IMG/VR virus record: IMGVR_UViG_3300042520_001624
Coordinates: 7,485-71,484 of that record
Length of the DNA stretch: 64,000 bases
Reading direction: 5' to 3' (one strand)
Source of the DNA: a virus
The position numbers and the translations under genes were made by a program. This document shows positions 9,488 to 17,845 of the stretch, one piece after another. Each line of letters begins with the position of its first letter. Position 1 is the first letter of the stretch. Under the pieces are notes generated by a model. The model did not search any database. It saw only the letters and a list, made by a program, of their open reading frames with translations, and was not told where the DNA came from.

Positions 9488-9702
9488 AACCTGAAGACAT
9501 GATCAAGGGTCTTGCTCGCCAGAAGCATTCGATTTCTTTGAAGGAGAACGACCACGAAGCGGAGGTGGAGAACGCAGAAACTCAGATGGAGTACGTCATG
9601 TACAAAGACCGACATGGCGACTTGGAGCTGGCTCCAGGGGATACTATCGACTTTGACCCTTACCAGATCGCTAAAGCCGTACAAGACGGCGAAGACTGGT
9701 AA
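9484..9702 (+). CDS. Small acidic hypothetical protein
   Basis: 72 aa, ATGA overlap with the peptidase gene. Confidence 0.55.
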   Translation: MKPEDMIKGLARQKHSISLKENDHEAEVENAETQMEYVMYKDRHGDLELAPGDTIDFDPYQIAKAVQDGEDW

Positions 9703-9747
9703 CAGCTTCTAAGTAGCTATATACTGTACGCGGACACGGGAGACTAA

Positions 9748-10170
9748 ATGTCTAAAGCGGGATTGCGAAAGGTTACAAAGACGGTTCGCGGTAAAAAGGG
9801 AACTGTGCGCCGTTCTTACTGGGTAAAGAGCGCGGACAACAATCAGCGCCGTAAGAGCGTGTTTAGTCCAGGAGAGTCAGCCTACAGGAAGAACTCAGGA
9901 CTCGCCTCGGCAAATACGGGAGCACGCGTGGGACTAATAGCTGGCCTGCTGGGCGCCCACCGAATTCCGGGGTCGCCGATTGTGTCCGGCGTCGGGGCAC
10001 AGGTACTCGCACATCGACAGCGGAAGCAATACGGCCAGCGCGGTAAGTCTATTTTTGGCAAGCTGGGACATGGCATTGCTACAGAGCTTGGCCACACCAC
10101 GGGGCACTTTGTAGGGTCGGCACTGCATGAGGTTGGCCGTGAGGGCGTTAGGCGCTTTTTCCGCAGGTAG
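9748..10170 (+). CDS. YWVK-tag family protein 7
   Basis: N-terminus KAGLRKVTKTVRGKKGTVRRSYWVKS. Confidence 0.8.
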   Translation: MSKAGLRKVTKTVRGKKGTVRRSYWVKSADNNQRRKSVFSPGESAYRKNSGLASANTGARVGLIAGLLGAHRIPGSPIVSGVGAQVLAHRQRKQYGQRGKSIFGKLGHGIATELGHTTGHFVGSALHEVGREGVRRFFRR

Positions 10171-10199
10171 CAACTTGGGATAGGTAGGAGGAAGCGATT

Positions 10200-10754
10200 T
10201 TGAAACGCGCAGGACTTGTAAAGAAGGTTATCAGCACAAAAAAGGGAAGGCGTACCTACTGGGTCAAGCCAGCCCAGCCAGCTGACCTCTCAAAACTTGT
10301 GGGGACAACTAAGTACTACGCTGCGAGAGCCAAAGACTTCCGCAAGCGGGAGGGGAAAGCTCCGCCTGCGTATTACATGGGGTATGGCAACAAGTACGCG
10401 CACAGGTTTACGCATCAAACGCGCAAGAAGCTTAGCCCCGAGGGCAAGAAGTTCGTCGACAAGACTCTATTTGAGCTGCAGAAAGCTATCGAGGACCGAC
10501 GTAGGCGCAATCCAGCGGCCTTTGCTCGGTTGGAGCGAAATCCCGAAAAACTCAAGGCGTTTGCGTACAAGTCGCACGCACCCGCTTACATACGCGGTGG
10601 TATCGGGAAACTTGGCGTGCGCGATCTTGTTCGTGTGGGCATGACGCCAGACAGAAAAGATCTGTTCAATAAGGATGGAGTTAGCCAGGGCGTAGCAGTG
10701 GCAAAACACGTTGTAGTTCGCCGATTTAAAAACGTGCGGCGGGGCCGCTGGTAA
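10200..10754 (+). CDS. YWVK-tag family protein 8 with globular cargo domain
   Basis: N-terminus RAGLVKKVISTKKGRRTYWVKP; cargo PPAYYMGYGNKY...AYKSHAPAY...TPD. Confidence 0.7.
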   Translation: MKRAGLVKKVISTKKGRRTYWVKPAQPADLSKLVGTTKYYAARAKDFRKREGKAPPAYYMGYGNKYAHRFTHQTRKKLSPEGKKFVDKTLFELQKAIEDRRRRNPAAFARLERNPEKLKAFAYKSHAPAYIRGGIGKLGVRDLVRVGMTPDRKDLFNKDGVSQGVAVAKHVVVRRFKNVRRGRW

Positions 10755-10783
10755 TCTAAACAGAACAGCTGTACAGTACGCAC

Positions 10784-11215
10784 ATGGCTGAAATGGACAT
10801 GCAAAGCTGGGCCAAGAATCGTCCTCCGCCTGGGGGCGAAGAAGACCCTGTACCCTCCGAGGAAGTACCCCCGGAGATGGGGCTAGACGCCAAACAGGGC
10901 GGGATGGGCAACAAGACCCCCGACCAGATGGAGAACATTGTCACGTTGATGCGCCAGCATCTTCCCGAGGTTGAGTCTCAGCTGGGGAACATGGATCCGG
11001 TAATGCTCTTGTCTGACGGACAAGAGTTGCCCGAGGGGGAAGCAGACCAGCTTTTGGAGCTTCTGGACACCTGGGATGACGGACTTCCGGAACTTCTCTC
11101 GGGGATTTTTCCGGACGAGGCGATCACGGTGTCGGAGGCTCTAGCAAACGAGATTCAAGAAGTAGAGCCTGTTCTAGTGGCGGCATGGATGTGGCGAGCG
11201 GGAGAGCTGGTGTGA
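10784..11215 (+). CDS. Acidic hypothetical protein
   Basis: 143-aa D/E-rich ORF in the head module. Confidence 0.6.
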   Translation: MAEMDMQSWAKNRPPPGGEEDPVPSEEVPPEMGLDAKQGGMGNKTPDQMENIVTLMRQHLPEVESQLGNMDPVMLLSDGQELPEGEADQLLELLDTWDDGLPELLSGIFPDEAITVSEALANEIQEVEPVLVAAWMWRAGELV

Positions 11216-11217
11216 AA

Positions 11218-11352
11218 ATGGCTAAGACTGTAAAGAAGAGTTCCAAACACCCCGACGAGAAAGAGGACAAGGCTCTGATCAAGAAGATGATCAAAGACTC
11301 TGGCTGCTCGTCAAAGTGCAAGAAGCCTGCTAAGTCTAAGAAGAGGGGTTAA
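11218..11352 (+). CDS. Small Lys-rich protein (44 aa, not in ORF track)
   Basis: Hand translation MAKTVKKSSKHPDEKEDKALIKKMIKDSGCSSKCKKPAKSKKRG; fills the gap exactly and has a TAATG overlap with the next gene. Confidence 0.6.
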   Translation: MAKTVKKSSKHPDEKEDKALIKKMIKDSGCSSKCKKPAKSKKRG

Positions 11353-11738
11353 TGCCAACACAGATGCTGACATTCAACGGGGAGGTTTCAGTTGAGCCTC
11401 TGTCCGGAAACAACTCGGGACAGCCGACTGTGTTGGTGTCTTACAACCAGCGAGTTGCTCAGGAGCGTCAGCTTGTGACGACCTACACCCTGGATGCAGA
11501 CGGCGCTGTGTCTGTAGATTTGGGACCTCTGACAGAAGTAAATTTCCTGTCTATTACGGCAGTGGGAAACAAGATTCGAGTCCGGATTACATCTGCTGAC
11601 GGAAACAGTCAGTCTATTCCGGTTGACCCGTCCTTGATTCTGCGCTGTGATAGTGTAGGTATAACAGCCATCGACCTGACTCGAACAGCCACGTACGACA
11701 CTGATGTCTACTTGGTTATGACGCAGATTCCAGACTGA
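11352..11738 (+). CDS. Putative virion structural protein
   Basis: Beta-rich 128-aa ORF upstream of the scaffold. Confidence 0.5.
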   Translation: MPTQMLTFNGEVSVEPLSGNNSGQPTVLVSYNQRVAQERQLVTTYTLDADGAVSVDLGPLTEVNFLSITAVGNKIRVRITSADGNSQSIPVDPSLILRCDSVGITAIDLTRTATYDTDVYLVMTQIPD

Positions 11739-11750
11739 GGAGAATAGAAA

Positions 11751-12236
11751 ATGCCCGTAACGCCCGCAGACGTGACTCTACAGCAGGTTCTCAACAAGGC
11801 GAACCTGAACCAGCTTGCGACCATTCTGCAGAAGATGAAGCTGGGCAACATGCTCAACCCCGTTCGGGTGGTTGTGACTGGTCTTACTGCAACTCAGGAG
11901 ATCAACATTACCAGCGCGGCTGTCCGAGCTGCTGCAACCATTACGGGCCTGGAGCGTGAGACCGGGGACAACCTTCCGCCCATTCTTTCGGTGAAGGTTC
12001 TCCGCGTAACTGCTTCGGGCACTGCCAACAGCGTAGGTAGCTACGCCGTTACGGACGGTCTGGTAGCGGACGTTGCTCGCTGCGTTAGCCCCACTGCAGG
12101 TGCGAACGTGGGTCTGGCCTTGCTTTCCAACGACGGCACGAAGCTGACTTTCCCGTCTACTGTGACTGCGTTTGTACTTGAGTACATTCCGCGGTCGAAC
12201 ACTGATCTCGAAGACAACTGGGTCTCCGGGGTTTGA
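11751..12236 (+). CDS. Putative head decoration/structural protein
   Basis: Strong GAGGAG RBS, Thr/Val-rich, adjacent to scaffold and capsid genes. Confidence 0.5.
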   Translation: MPVTPADVTLQQVLNKANLNQLATILQKMKLGNMLNPVRVVVTGLTATQEINITSAAVRAAATITGLERETGDNLPPILSVKVLRVTASGTANSVGSYAVTDGLVADVARCVSPTAGANVGLALLSNDGTKLTFPSTVTAFVLEYIPRSNTDLEDNWVSGV

Positions 12237-12269
12237 TAGAAACGTCTGGGCAAGGAGACGTAACTACAC

Positions 12270-13046
12270 ATGACAACTGAGAATACGAACCCCGATACCG
12301 AACTGCAGGATGTTCTGGACGATGTACTTCCCGATCCGGAAGTCCAGCTGTCTGAGCCCGAGGAGCAGCCAGCTACACGTAGCGTAGCCCAGGCACTCAA
12401 GCGGGAGGGACAGAAGGACAACGCGGCCCAGCGTAAGCAGGACCGTGAGGCCGGTCGGCAGTCGATCCTAGAGGCGTACAACAAGAAGGCAATGTCTCTT
12501 GGCTTTAAGACAGTCGAAGAGATGTTTGCTGCTCAGCAAAAGGCAGAGGGGAAGGGTGACGGTAAGAAGGTCCAGTCTGAGGCTCTTGCGCAAGCACAGT
12601 CTCAGATCGATACCCTCAATCGTCAGGTGCGCGGGTACAAGTCGCGCATCACTCAGCTTGAGACCGAGCTTCAGCTTCGTAACATTGCTTACGAGTCGGA
12701 CGTGAATCCCGAGGACATCGAGTATGCAATCTCGCGTGTTCACACGACCTACAAGGGACTTACGGATGATCAGGCAAAGTCGTTCGATCCCAAGAAGTTT
12801 CTTTCTGAGGATCTGAAGACCAAGAAGCCCAGCATCTTTCGTCAGGCGCTTGCAGCAAAGCAGGCTGCAGAGACTGCCAAGCCTGTTGAAGAGCAGCCCG
12901 TGAATACAGCCCCTGCGGGGTCTGCTCCTAAGCCCAATGGTGGGTCTTCGGAGGAAGCTCCGCGCCGTGCAACTGCGATGAGTCGTGCGGAGTATCTTGA
13001 GGCTTTGCGCTCGAAGGGCATCAAAAACCCTGCGGGCTTTGTGTGA
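12270..13046 (+). CDS. Capsid scaffolding protein
   Basis: Acidic N-terminus, coiled coil and Pro/Gly tail ending MSRAEYLEALR; directly precedes the major capsid gene. Confidence 0.7.
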   Translation: MTTENTNPDTELQDVLDDVLPDPEVQLSEPEEQPATRSVAQALKREGQKDNAAQRKQDREAGRQSILEAYNKKAMSLGFKTVEEMFAAQQKAEGKGDGKKVQSEALAQAQSQIDTLNRQVRGYKSRITQLETELQLRNIAYESDVNPEDIEYAISRVHTTYKGLTDDQAKSFDPKKFLSEDLKTKKPSIFRQALAAKQAAETAKPVEEQPVNTAPAGSAPKPNGGSSEEAPRRATAMSRAEYLEALRSKGIKNPAGFV

Positions 13047-13116
13047 GATAAGGTGGCACTAGACTTGCGTAGTGAGTCTTTTGCCAGTAGAGAATAAGGA
13101 AAGAGGAGACTAACAA

Positions 13117-14514
13117 ATGGACTTCGGCATTGCCGTAATGACCCCAGAGATTCGTTCGATCATCCAGGAAGGTTACCTGGAGCGAGCGTTTCACGATGCC
13201 CTGTTTCCCCAGCTCATCTACCGGGGCGACGTTGTTTCGGTGCCGTGGCCCGGTGAGGTTGGCGACCAGCAGATCTTTACTGGTAAGGGTCTCATTCCCC
13301 CGAAGGGCAAGCCGCTTGCTCCGGGTGTTGATCCCGAGCCCGTGTCGTACCAGCTGGAGCAGTGGGAGTCGACTCTCCAGAACTACGCTTCGACCATCGA
13401 CACGCACATGCCCACCAGCGTGCAGGCGATTGCGGACCTTCTGATGCAGAACGCTGCCCAGCTCGGTATGCAGTCGGCACAGACCCTCAACCGTCTTGTG
13501 CGTGACCGCATGCACAACGCGGCTGAGGCGGGCTGGTCGGTTGCTGACGGTGCGGCCTCGGGCGGCTCGTCTGCTTCGCTTCGCGTGAAGCGCCTCAACG
13601 GGTTTACCCGTGCGCGTAACCCGAACCTGTCGAACGGTTCGCGTGTCCGCTTTGATCAGGTGTCGAGCACCAACCCGCTTGCTATCACGGTCGGCGGGAC
13701 TGCTCGCAACGTGATTGGTTACACTCCCGATACCGCTGGCGACGAGCTTGGTCCGGGTACGCTGACTCTGAGCTCGGCTGCCAACTGGGCCGACCGTGAT
13801 GCAGTGCTCTCGGTGGACCGCTCTGGCACCCTCTTCGTGGGCGGTGGCAATCGCGTGGACGATCTTGACGTGACGGATCTGCCCCGTCTGCAGGACATTC
13901 GTAACATGGTTACCCGGCTTCGCCGGAACAACATCCCGCGTCATCCCGACGGGGACTACCATGCCCACATTGGCCCTGTGTCTGAGTCGCAGCTTCTCGC
14001 TGATACCGAGATCCAGCGCATGCTCACCGGCCGTCCGGAGAACTACATGTATCAGGACTTCGTTGTGGGTCGTATCCTCAACGTAGCCTTCGTGCAGAAC
14101 AACGAGGCCCCCACACCTCTTACGGTAGACCCGTACGACGGTGCAACCTTCAGCCAGGAGGACCCTTTCGCTCCTGAGCTGACTGCAGACGGCACCACGA
14201 CCGGCATGGAGGTTCAGCGTATCCTCTTCTCGGGTTACGGCGGCATCTTCGAGTACTTCCAGGATCCGGCCATGTACCTTACCGAGGCTGGTATCACGGG
14301 CAAGATGGGCGACGTGCAGGTCTCGAACAACGGTGTCGAGATCAACGCGGACCGCATCAAGCTCATCATGCGGGCGCCCCTCAACCGCCTGCAGGACATG
14401 GTTGCTACCTCGTGGCGCTTTGTCGGCGACTGGGTCTGCCGCACGGATGCCTCGACTGGCGACAGCGCACGTTTCAAGCGCTTCCTGTCGCTGAACACCG
14501 GTACTGCTGCCTGA
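13117..14514 (+). CDS. Major capsid protein
   Basis: 465 aa with GAGGAG RBS, after the scaffold and followed by a terminator; DYHAHIGP...L-D motif fits HK97-fold capsids. Confidence 0.8.
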   Translation: MDFGIAVMTPEIRSIIQEGYLERAFHDALFPQLIYRGDVVSVPWPGEVGDQQIFTGKGLIPPKGKPLAPGVDPEPVSYQLEQWESTLQNYASTIDTHMPTSVQAIADLLMQNAAQLGMQSAQTLNRLVRDRMHNAAEAGWSVADGAASGGSSASLRVKRLNGFTRARNPNLSNGSRVRFDQVSSTNPLAITVGGTARNVIGYTPDTAGDELGPGTLTLSSAANWADRDAVLSVDRSGTLFVGGGNRVDDLDVTDLPRLQDIRNMVTRLRRNNIPRHPDGDYHAHIGPVSESQLLADTEIQRMLTGRPENYMYQDFVVGRILNVAFVQNNEAPTPLTVDPYDGATFSQEDPFAPELTADGTTTGMEVQRILFSGYGGIFEYFQDPAMYLTEAGITGKMGDVQVSNNGVEINADRIKLIMRAPLNRLQDMVATSWRFVGDWVCRTDASTGDSARFKRFLSLNTGTAA

Positions 14515-14549
14515 TCACTACGACTCACTGAAAGCAGGCAAGAGTGGGG

Positions 14550-14590
14550 AAGGTCCCTGGGAGGTTGTAGCCCTGGGGACCTTTTCTTTT
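14550..14590 (+). terminator. Rho-independent terminator after the capsid gene
   Basis: Stem AAGGTCCCTGGG...CCCTGGGGACCTT followed by TTCTTTT. Confidence 0.75.
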
Positions 14591-14608
14591 GTGTGCTAGA
14601 GTTTTCGT

Positions 14609-14947
14609 ATGGGCAGGCCGAAGAAACACTACAATCACCACAACATTCTCCCTCCAGCAGAGAAGGAGATTACTCTGTCTTTCAATGCAGATCCGGAGAA
14701 GACAGTTCCCGGAATCTCTGCAGCAGCCGAAGCACTGTCGAAGCTTGCAGATGCTGTAGACACAACCAGCAGCGCTTTGTCTGCATTGCCTCTTCTGAAG
14801 ACTAAGTACTGGGTTGTACTGGAAGAGCGACGAGCCGCACTTAACGGCGCGCTTGTCACTGTCGCTAAGGGTAAGATTGTAAAGAGCGAAGCCATAGCTA
14901 AGCGTCTGATGGAGCAGAAGGTTCCGCTGGAGGAGAAGACTCTGTAA
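14609..14947 (+). CDS. Hypothetical protein
   Basis: 112-aa ORF, TAATG-coupled to the next gene. Confidence 0.55.
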   Translation: MGRPKKHYNHHNILPPAEKEITLSFNADPEKTVPGISAAAEALSKLADAVDTTSSALSALPLLKTKYWVVLEERRAALNGALVTVAKGKIVKSEAIAKRLMEQKVPLEEKTL

Positions 14948-15360
14948 TGTCGGCACTGCTAACAGAAGACGAGAAAGCACGATGCAGGCGCCATCTGGGC
15001 TTTCCAGAGGTCGCAGCTGTCAGTGTCTACGCAATGGGCATGGTGATTCCCATGCAGGGTGCGTTCCTTCTGGAGGCAGCGCTGAGTAGCCAGACTCAGT
15101 ACTCGGCAGAGCGTGTTCGGCAGCTGCTCGGCATTCTAGATGGCTTTGAGACCAAGATGCTCAAGGCCGCTTGCTACCTGACTGTGGAGTCTATTGGAGA
15201 CATCAAGATGCGCGGAGCGCAGTCTGGAATGACTTCTACGGACCTGCTTCGTCGGGAGTACATCTACTGGGCCAAGCGACTGTCGGACACTCTTGGTGTG
15301 CCGTACTACCCGTACGCTGAAATGTTTCAAGGACAGGGCAACATCCGGGTACGGAGGTAG
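14947..15360 (+). CDS. Putative head-tail adaptor
   Basis: N-terminus LTEDEKARCRRHLGFP; size and position after the capsid gene. Confidence 0.55.
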   Translation: MSALLTEDEKARCRRHLGFPEVAAVSVYAMGMVIPMQGAFLLEAALSSQTQYSAERVRQLLGILDGFETKMLKAACYLTVESIGDIKMRGAQSGMTSTDLLRREYIYWAKRLSDTLGVPYYPYAEMFQGQGNIRVRR

Positions 15361-15362
15361 GC

Positions 15363-15845
15363 ATGTCCAGAGCTGGACTTAAACGAGTTGTAAAAATTGT
15401 GCGCGGAAAGAGGGGCACAACTCGCCGTACGTACTGGATGAAGTCCCAAGAACGTCCCAACAGCCGGATGTCAGTTGGGGAGTTCGCTAAGAAGCATGGC
15501 AAGAACTGGATGGCTCTTCATGCGGCTTCCGGGGCTGCAGGGGGCTCTTTGGGATATCTTGCTTTGCGACATGGCAAAGTCGGAGGACATCGCGACAAAG
15601 ACGCCATGTTTTACCGTGCTTTGGCAGGCTACGGAGCGGGCGCTTACGGAAGCATGCCGCTACTTCTGCGGGGGCGTGCAGCAAAGATCTCCGAGTTTGC
15701 TGCAGACCACCGAAGACTTGGACGTGGTAGCAGGGCGCTTTTGCAAGGCGCCGGAGTGGCTGCGCAACTTGCAGGCATTGCGGGCGGGGCGTACGCCACG
15801 CACAAAGCACACTCTATCTTCAGGCAGGGAACCCGGGTAGGCTAG
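15363..15845 (+). CDS. YWVK-tag family protein 9
   Basis: N-terminus RAGLKRVVKIVRGKRGTTRRTYWMKS; lies among the neck genes. Confidence 0.75.
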   Translation: MSRAGLKRVVKIVRGKRGTTRRTYWMKSQERPNSRMSVGEFAKKHGKNWMALHAASGAAGGSLGYLALRHGKVGGHRDKDAMFYRALAGYGAGAYGSMPLLLRGRAAKISEFAADHRRLGRGSRALLQGAGVAAQLAGIAGGAYATHKAHSIFRQGTRVG

Positions 15846-15848
15846 TTT

Positions 15849-16379
15849 ATGAGTTGCAAGACTGGGCCGATTCTGGATCAGGACTACAAGGACACGCTTC
15901 TTGGCGGGTTCATGGATGGCTGCATTGACGACATCCGTCAACTAGCTTCCGACCTTGGAGCACGTCCTTATCGAGTCTTCTGGGTTCGCACACGCTGGTC
16001 CGGACGTGAGCGTGGGGAAGGTGTTGAGTCTGTTATCTCCGAAGAAGAGGTACTCCCAACTCCGAAAGTCGAGATGGGAGGTCTGCAACGTACCTTGCTG
16101 GACATCGGAACCGACGAGCAGGGTGCTGTAACTGTCACGGAGATTAGTCCTCGTTACGTAGAGACACAGCTGACAGGCGATCTTTCCAACGGAGACGCCA
16201 TCCCGAGCAACGAGACATTCTTTTGGGAGATTAGTCTTTCTCGGGGAGACTCCGATGCCAAAATCAGACGTCGGTACATGATTCAGGGGGCGCCTGTCTA
16301 CTTGGCTACACGTCTACAGTGGACAGTGCGCTTGCTAAGGTCGGGCAACGACAGAGAGGCCAACGGTTCGCCAGGATGA
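15849..16379 (+). CDS. Putative head closure/stopper protein
   Basis: Gene order; beta-rich 176 aa. Confidence 0.5.
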   Translation: MSCKTGPILDQDYKDTLLGGFMDGCIDDIRQLASDLGARPYRVFWVRTRWSGRERGEGVESVISEEEVLPTPKVEMGGLQRTLLDIGTDEQGAVTVTEISPRYVETQLTGDLSNGDAIPSNETFFWEISLSRGDSDAKIRRRYMIQGAPVYLATRLQWTVRLLRSGNDREANGSPG

Positions 16380-16456
16380 AACCTACAAACGTCGGCAAGG
16401 TTCGTAAGCGCGTAAAGGTCCACACAAAGCGCGGAGGACGTAAAGGTCGTCGGTAA
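16376..16456 (+). CDS. 26-aa basic peptide resembling a stand-alone degenerate YWVK tag
   Basis: MKPTNVGKVRKRVKVHTKRGGRKGRR; ATGA overlap upstream and TAATG overlap downstream. Confidence 0.45.
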   Translation: MKPTNVGKVRKRVKVHTKRGGRKGRR

Positions 16457-17052
16457 TGTCTCTTCGTAAAGACATCGACATCTCCAAGACTTCGGGAAAT
16501 CTTGGGGCTTACGAAAAGGCTTTCAAGCAGAGAGTTTTGCGTCCTGCGCTTGTCCGCGCAATGGACAAAGCCGCTCGGGAAGCTGTCGCTGTCTTGGCTA
16601 AGAACACACTGGATGCTCCTCCTGCAAAGCCCGGAGGCAGCAACAAGGGTGCAGTAGCGTCGGGGGCTTTCCTCAAGGCTTGGGAGATTATTCCGGATAG
16701 GCCCTCGATGGAAATAGCCATCATCAACAAGAAGATCTACTCCCCCTACGTTGAAAACGGAGTAGGTGCCGGAGCCAAAAGACTGTACTTGGGGAAGAAC
16801 GAGCGAGGTCACTCTTTCACGCTCGACATGTTTGAGCAGTGGGTTCGGGCTCGGGGACTTACCTCTCGGTACACACGCGCGAATACTCCTCGTAAGCTTG
16901 CAAGAATGATCATGTGGCGGATAAACAAGCGTACAGGTGTTCGCTTCGCTCCCCGCAACATTATCAAGAAGTCTACACAGAAGATTCGGGGTATCTTTCA
17001 GACCTGCATTCGACAAGAGGTTGAGCAGCTGGCATCAAGAAATCTGAAATGA
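16456..17052 (+). CDS. Neck/tail-completion protein (HK97 gp10-like)
   Basis: Basic protein with AVASGAFLKAW and YSPYVENG motifs; gene order. Confidence 0.6.
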   Translation: MSLRKDIDISKTSGNLGAYEKAFKQRVLRPALVRAMDKAAREAVAVLAKNTLDAPPAKPGGSNKGAVASGAFLKAWEIIPDRPSMEIAIINKKIYSPYVENGVGAGAKRLYLGKNERGHSFTLDMFEQWVRARGLTSRYTRANTPRKLARMIMWRINKRTGVRFAPRNIIKKSTQKIRGIFQTCIRQEVEQLASRNLK

Positions 17053-17187
17053 AGCTTCCCAAGGTTACATACATTGCATCGGATGCTTTGCGCTTTGGCA
17101 AGAATGCCATGGCTTACGCTCTGTTGAGGTTTAGCAAGAGACTTCCGGTATACCTGTTTGGCTGTACGACTCTGGCGGGGAGATCAC

Positions 17188-17808
17188 ATGGACCTAATAA
17201 CAAGGCTGGTAACAGAGCCAAACGACAAGCAAGCAGTGTCCGACTACCGGGAAGTGAGCTCTGTCCGAGCGGCAGTTCGGGCGCTTGCCGACTATCTTAG
17301 GGACATCACGTTCCCCATCGACGGAGGCAAACACACTTCATTCTCTGTAGTTCGGGAGATGAAAGCGGAGCCGGAAGACAAGGCTGTCTACCCCGCAGCG
17401 TCTGTGTACGTAGATGGAAACATTGAGTACGACTCAGACACAGGGGCCTTCGAGCAGTACCTTGTGAAGCAGTTTCCTAAAGGTGGGCTGTATATCAATG
17501 GGGACGTGTCGATGGAGCTCACTGTACATGTCTGGACAAACGAAGACATGCATCGTGAAAATGCTTTGATGGCTTTGGAGGACGCTTCCAACCCCGTAAA
17601 CTGGATGACAGGTTTTCGTTTGGAGATGCCCTACTATCACAATCTTCGGGCGGATTTTCTGCTGCTTCGTATGCAGTACGAAGACAACGAAGCGGACAAT
17701 CAGCGCCGCTATCGTAAGCTTGTGATGCAGTTTCGAGCCAAGACACCTTATGCGCAGTTCCTGACGCTGCCAGAACTGAAAGCAAAGCCACTGGTAGACT
17801 TTGCGTAA
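17188..17808 (+). CDS. Putative tail terminator protein
   Basis: YPAASV motif, immediately before the sheath gene; GGGGAG RBS before the ATG at 17188. Confidence 0.55.
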   Translation: MDLITRLVTEPNDKQAVSDYREVSSVRAAVRALADYLRDITFPIDGGKHTSFSVVREMKAEPEDKAVYPAASVYVDGNIEYDSDTGAFEQYLVKQFPKGGLYINGDVSMELTVHVWTNEDMHRENALMALEDASNPVNWMTGFRLEMPYYHNLRADFLLLRMQYEDNEADNQRRYRKLVMQFRAKTPYAQFLTLPELKAKPLVDFA

Positions 17809-17845
17809 CAACAGAAGTAGATTGTAGAAACTAGGAGAAGCATAA

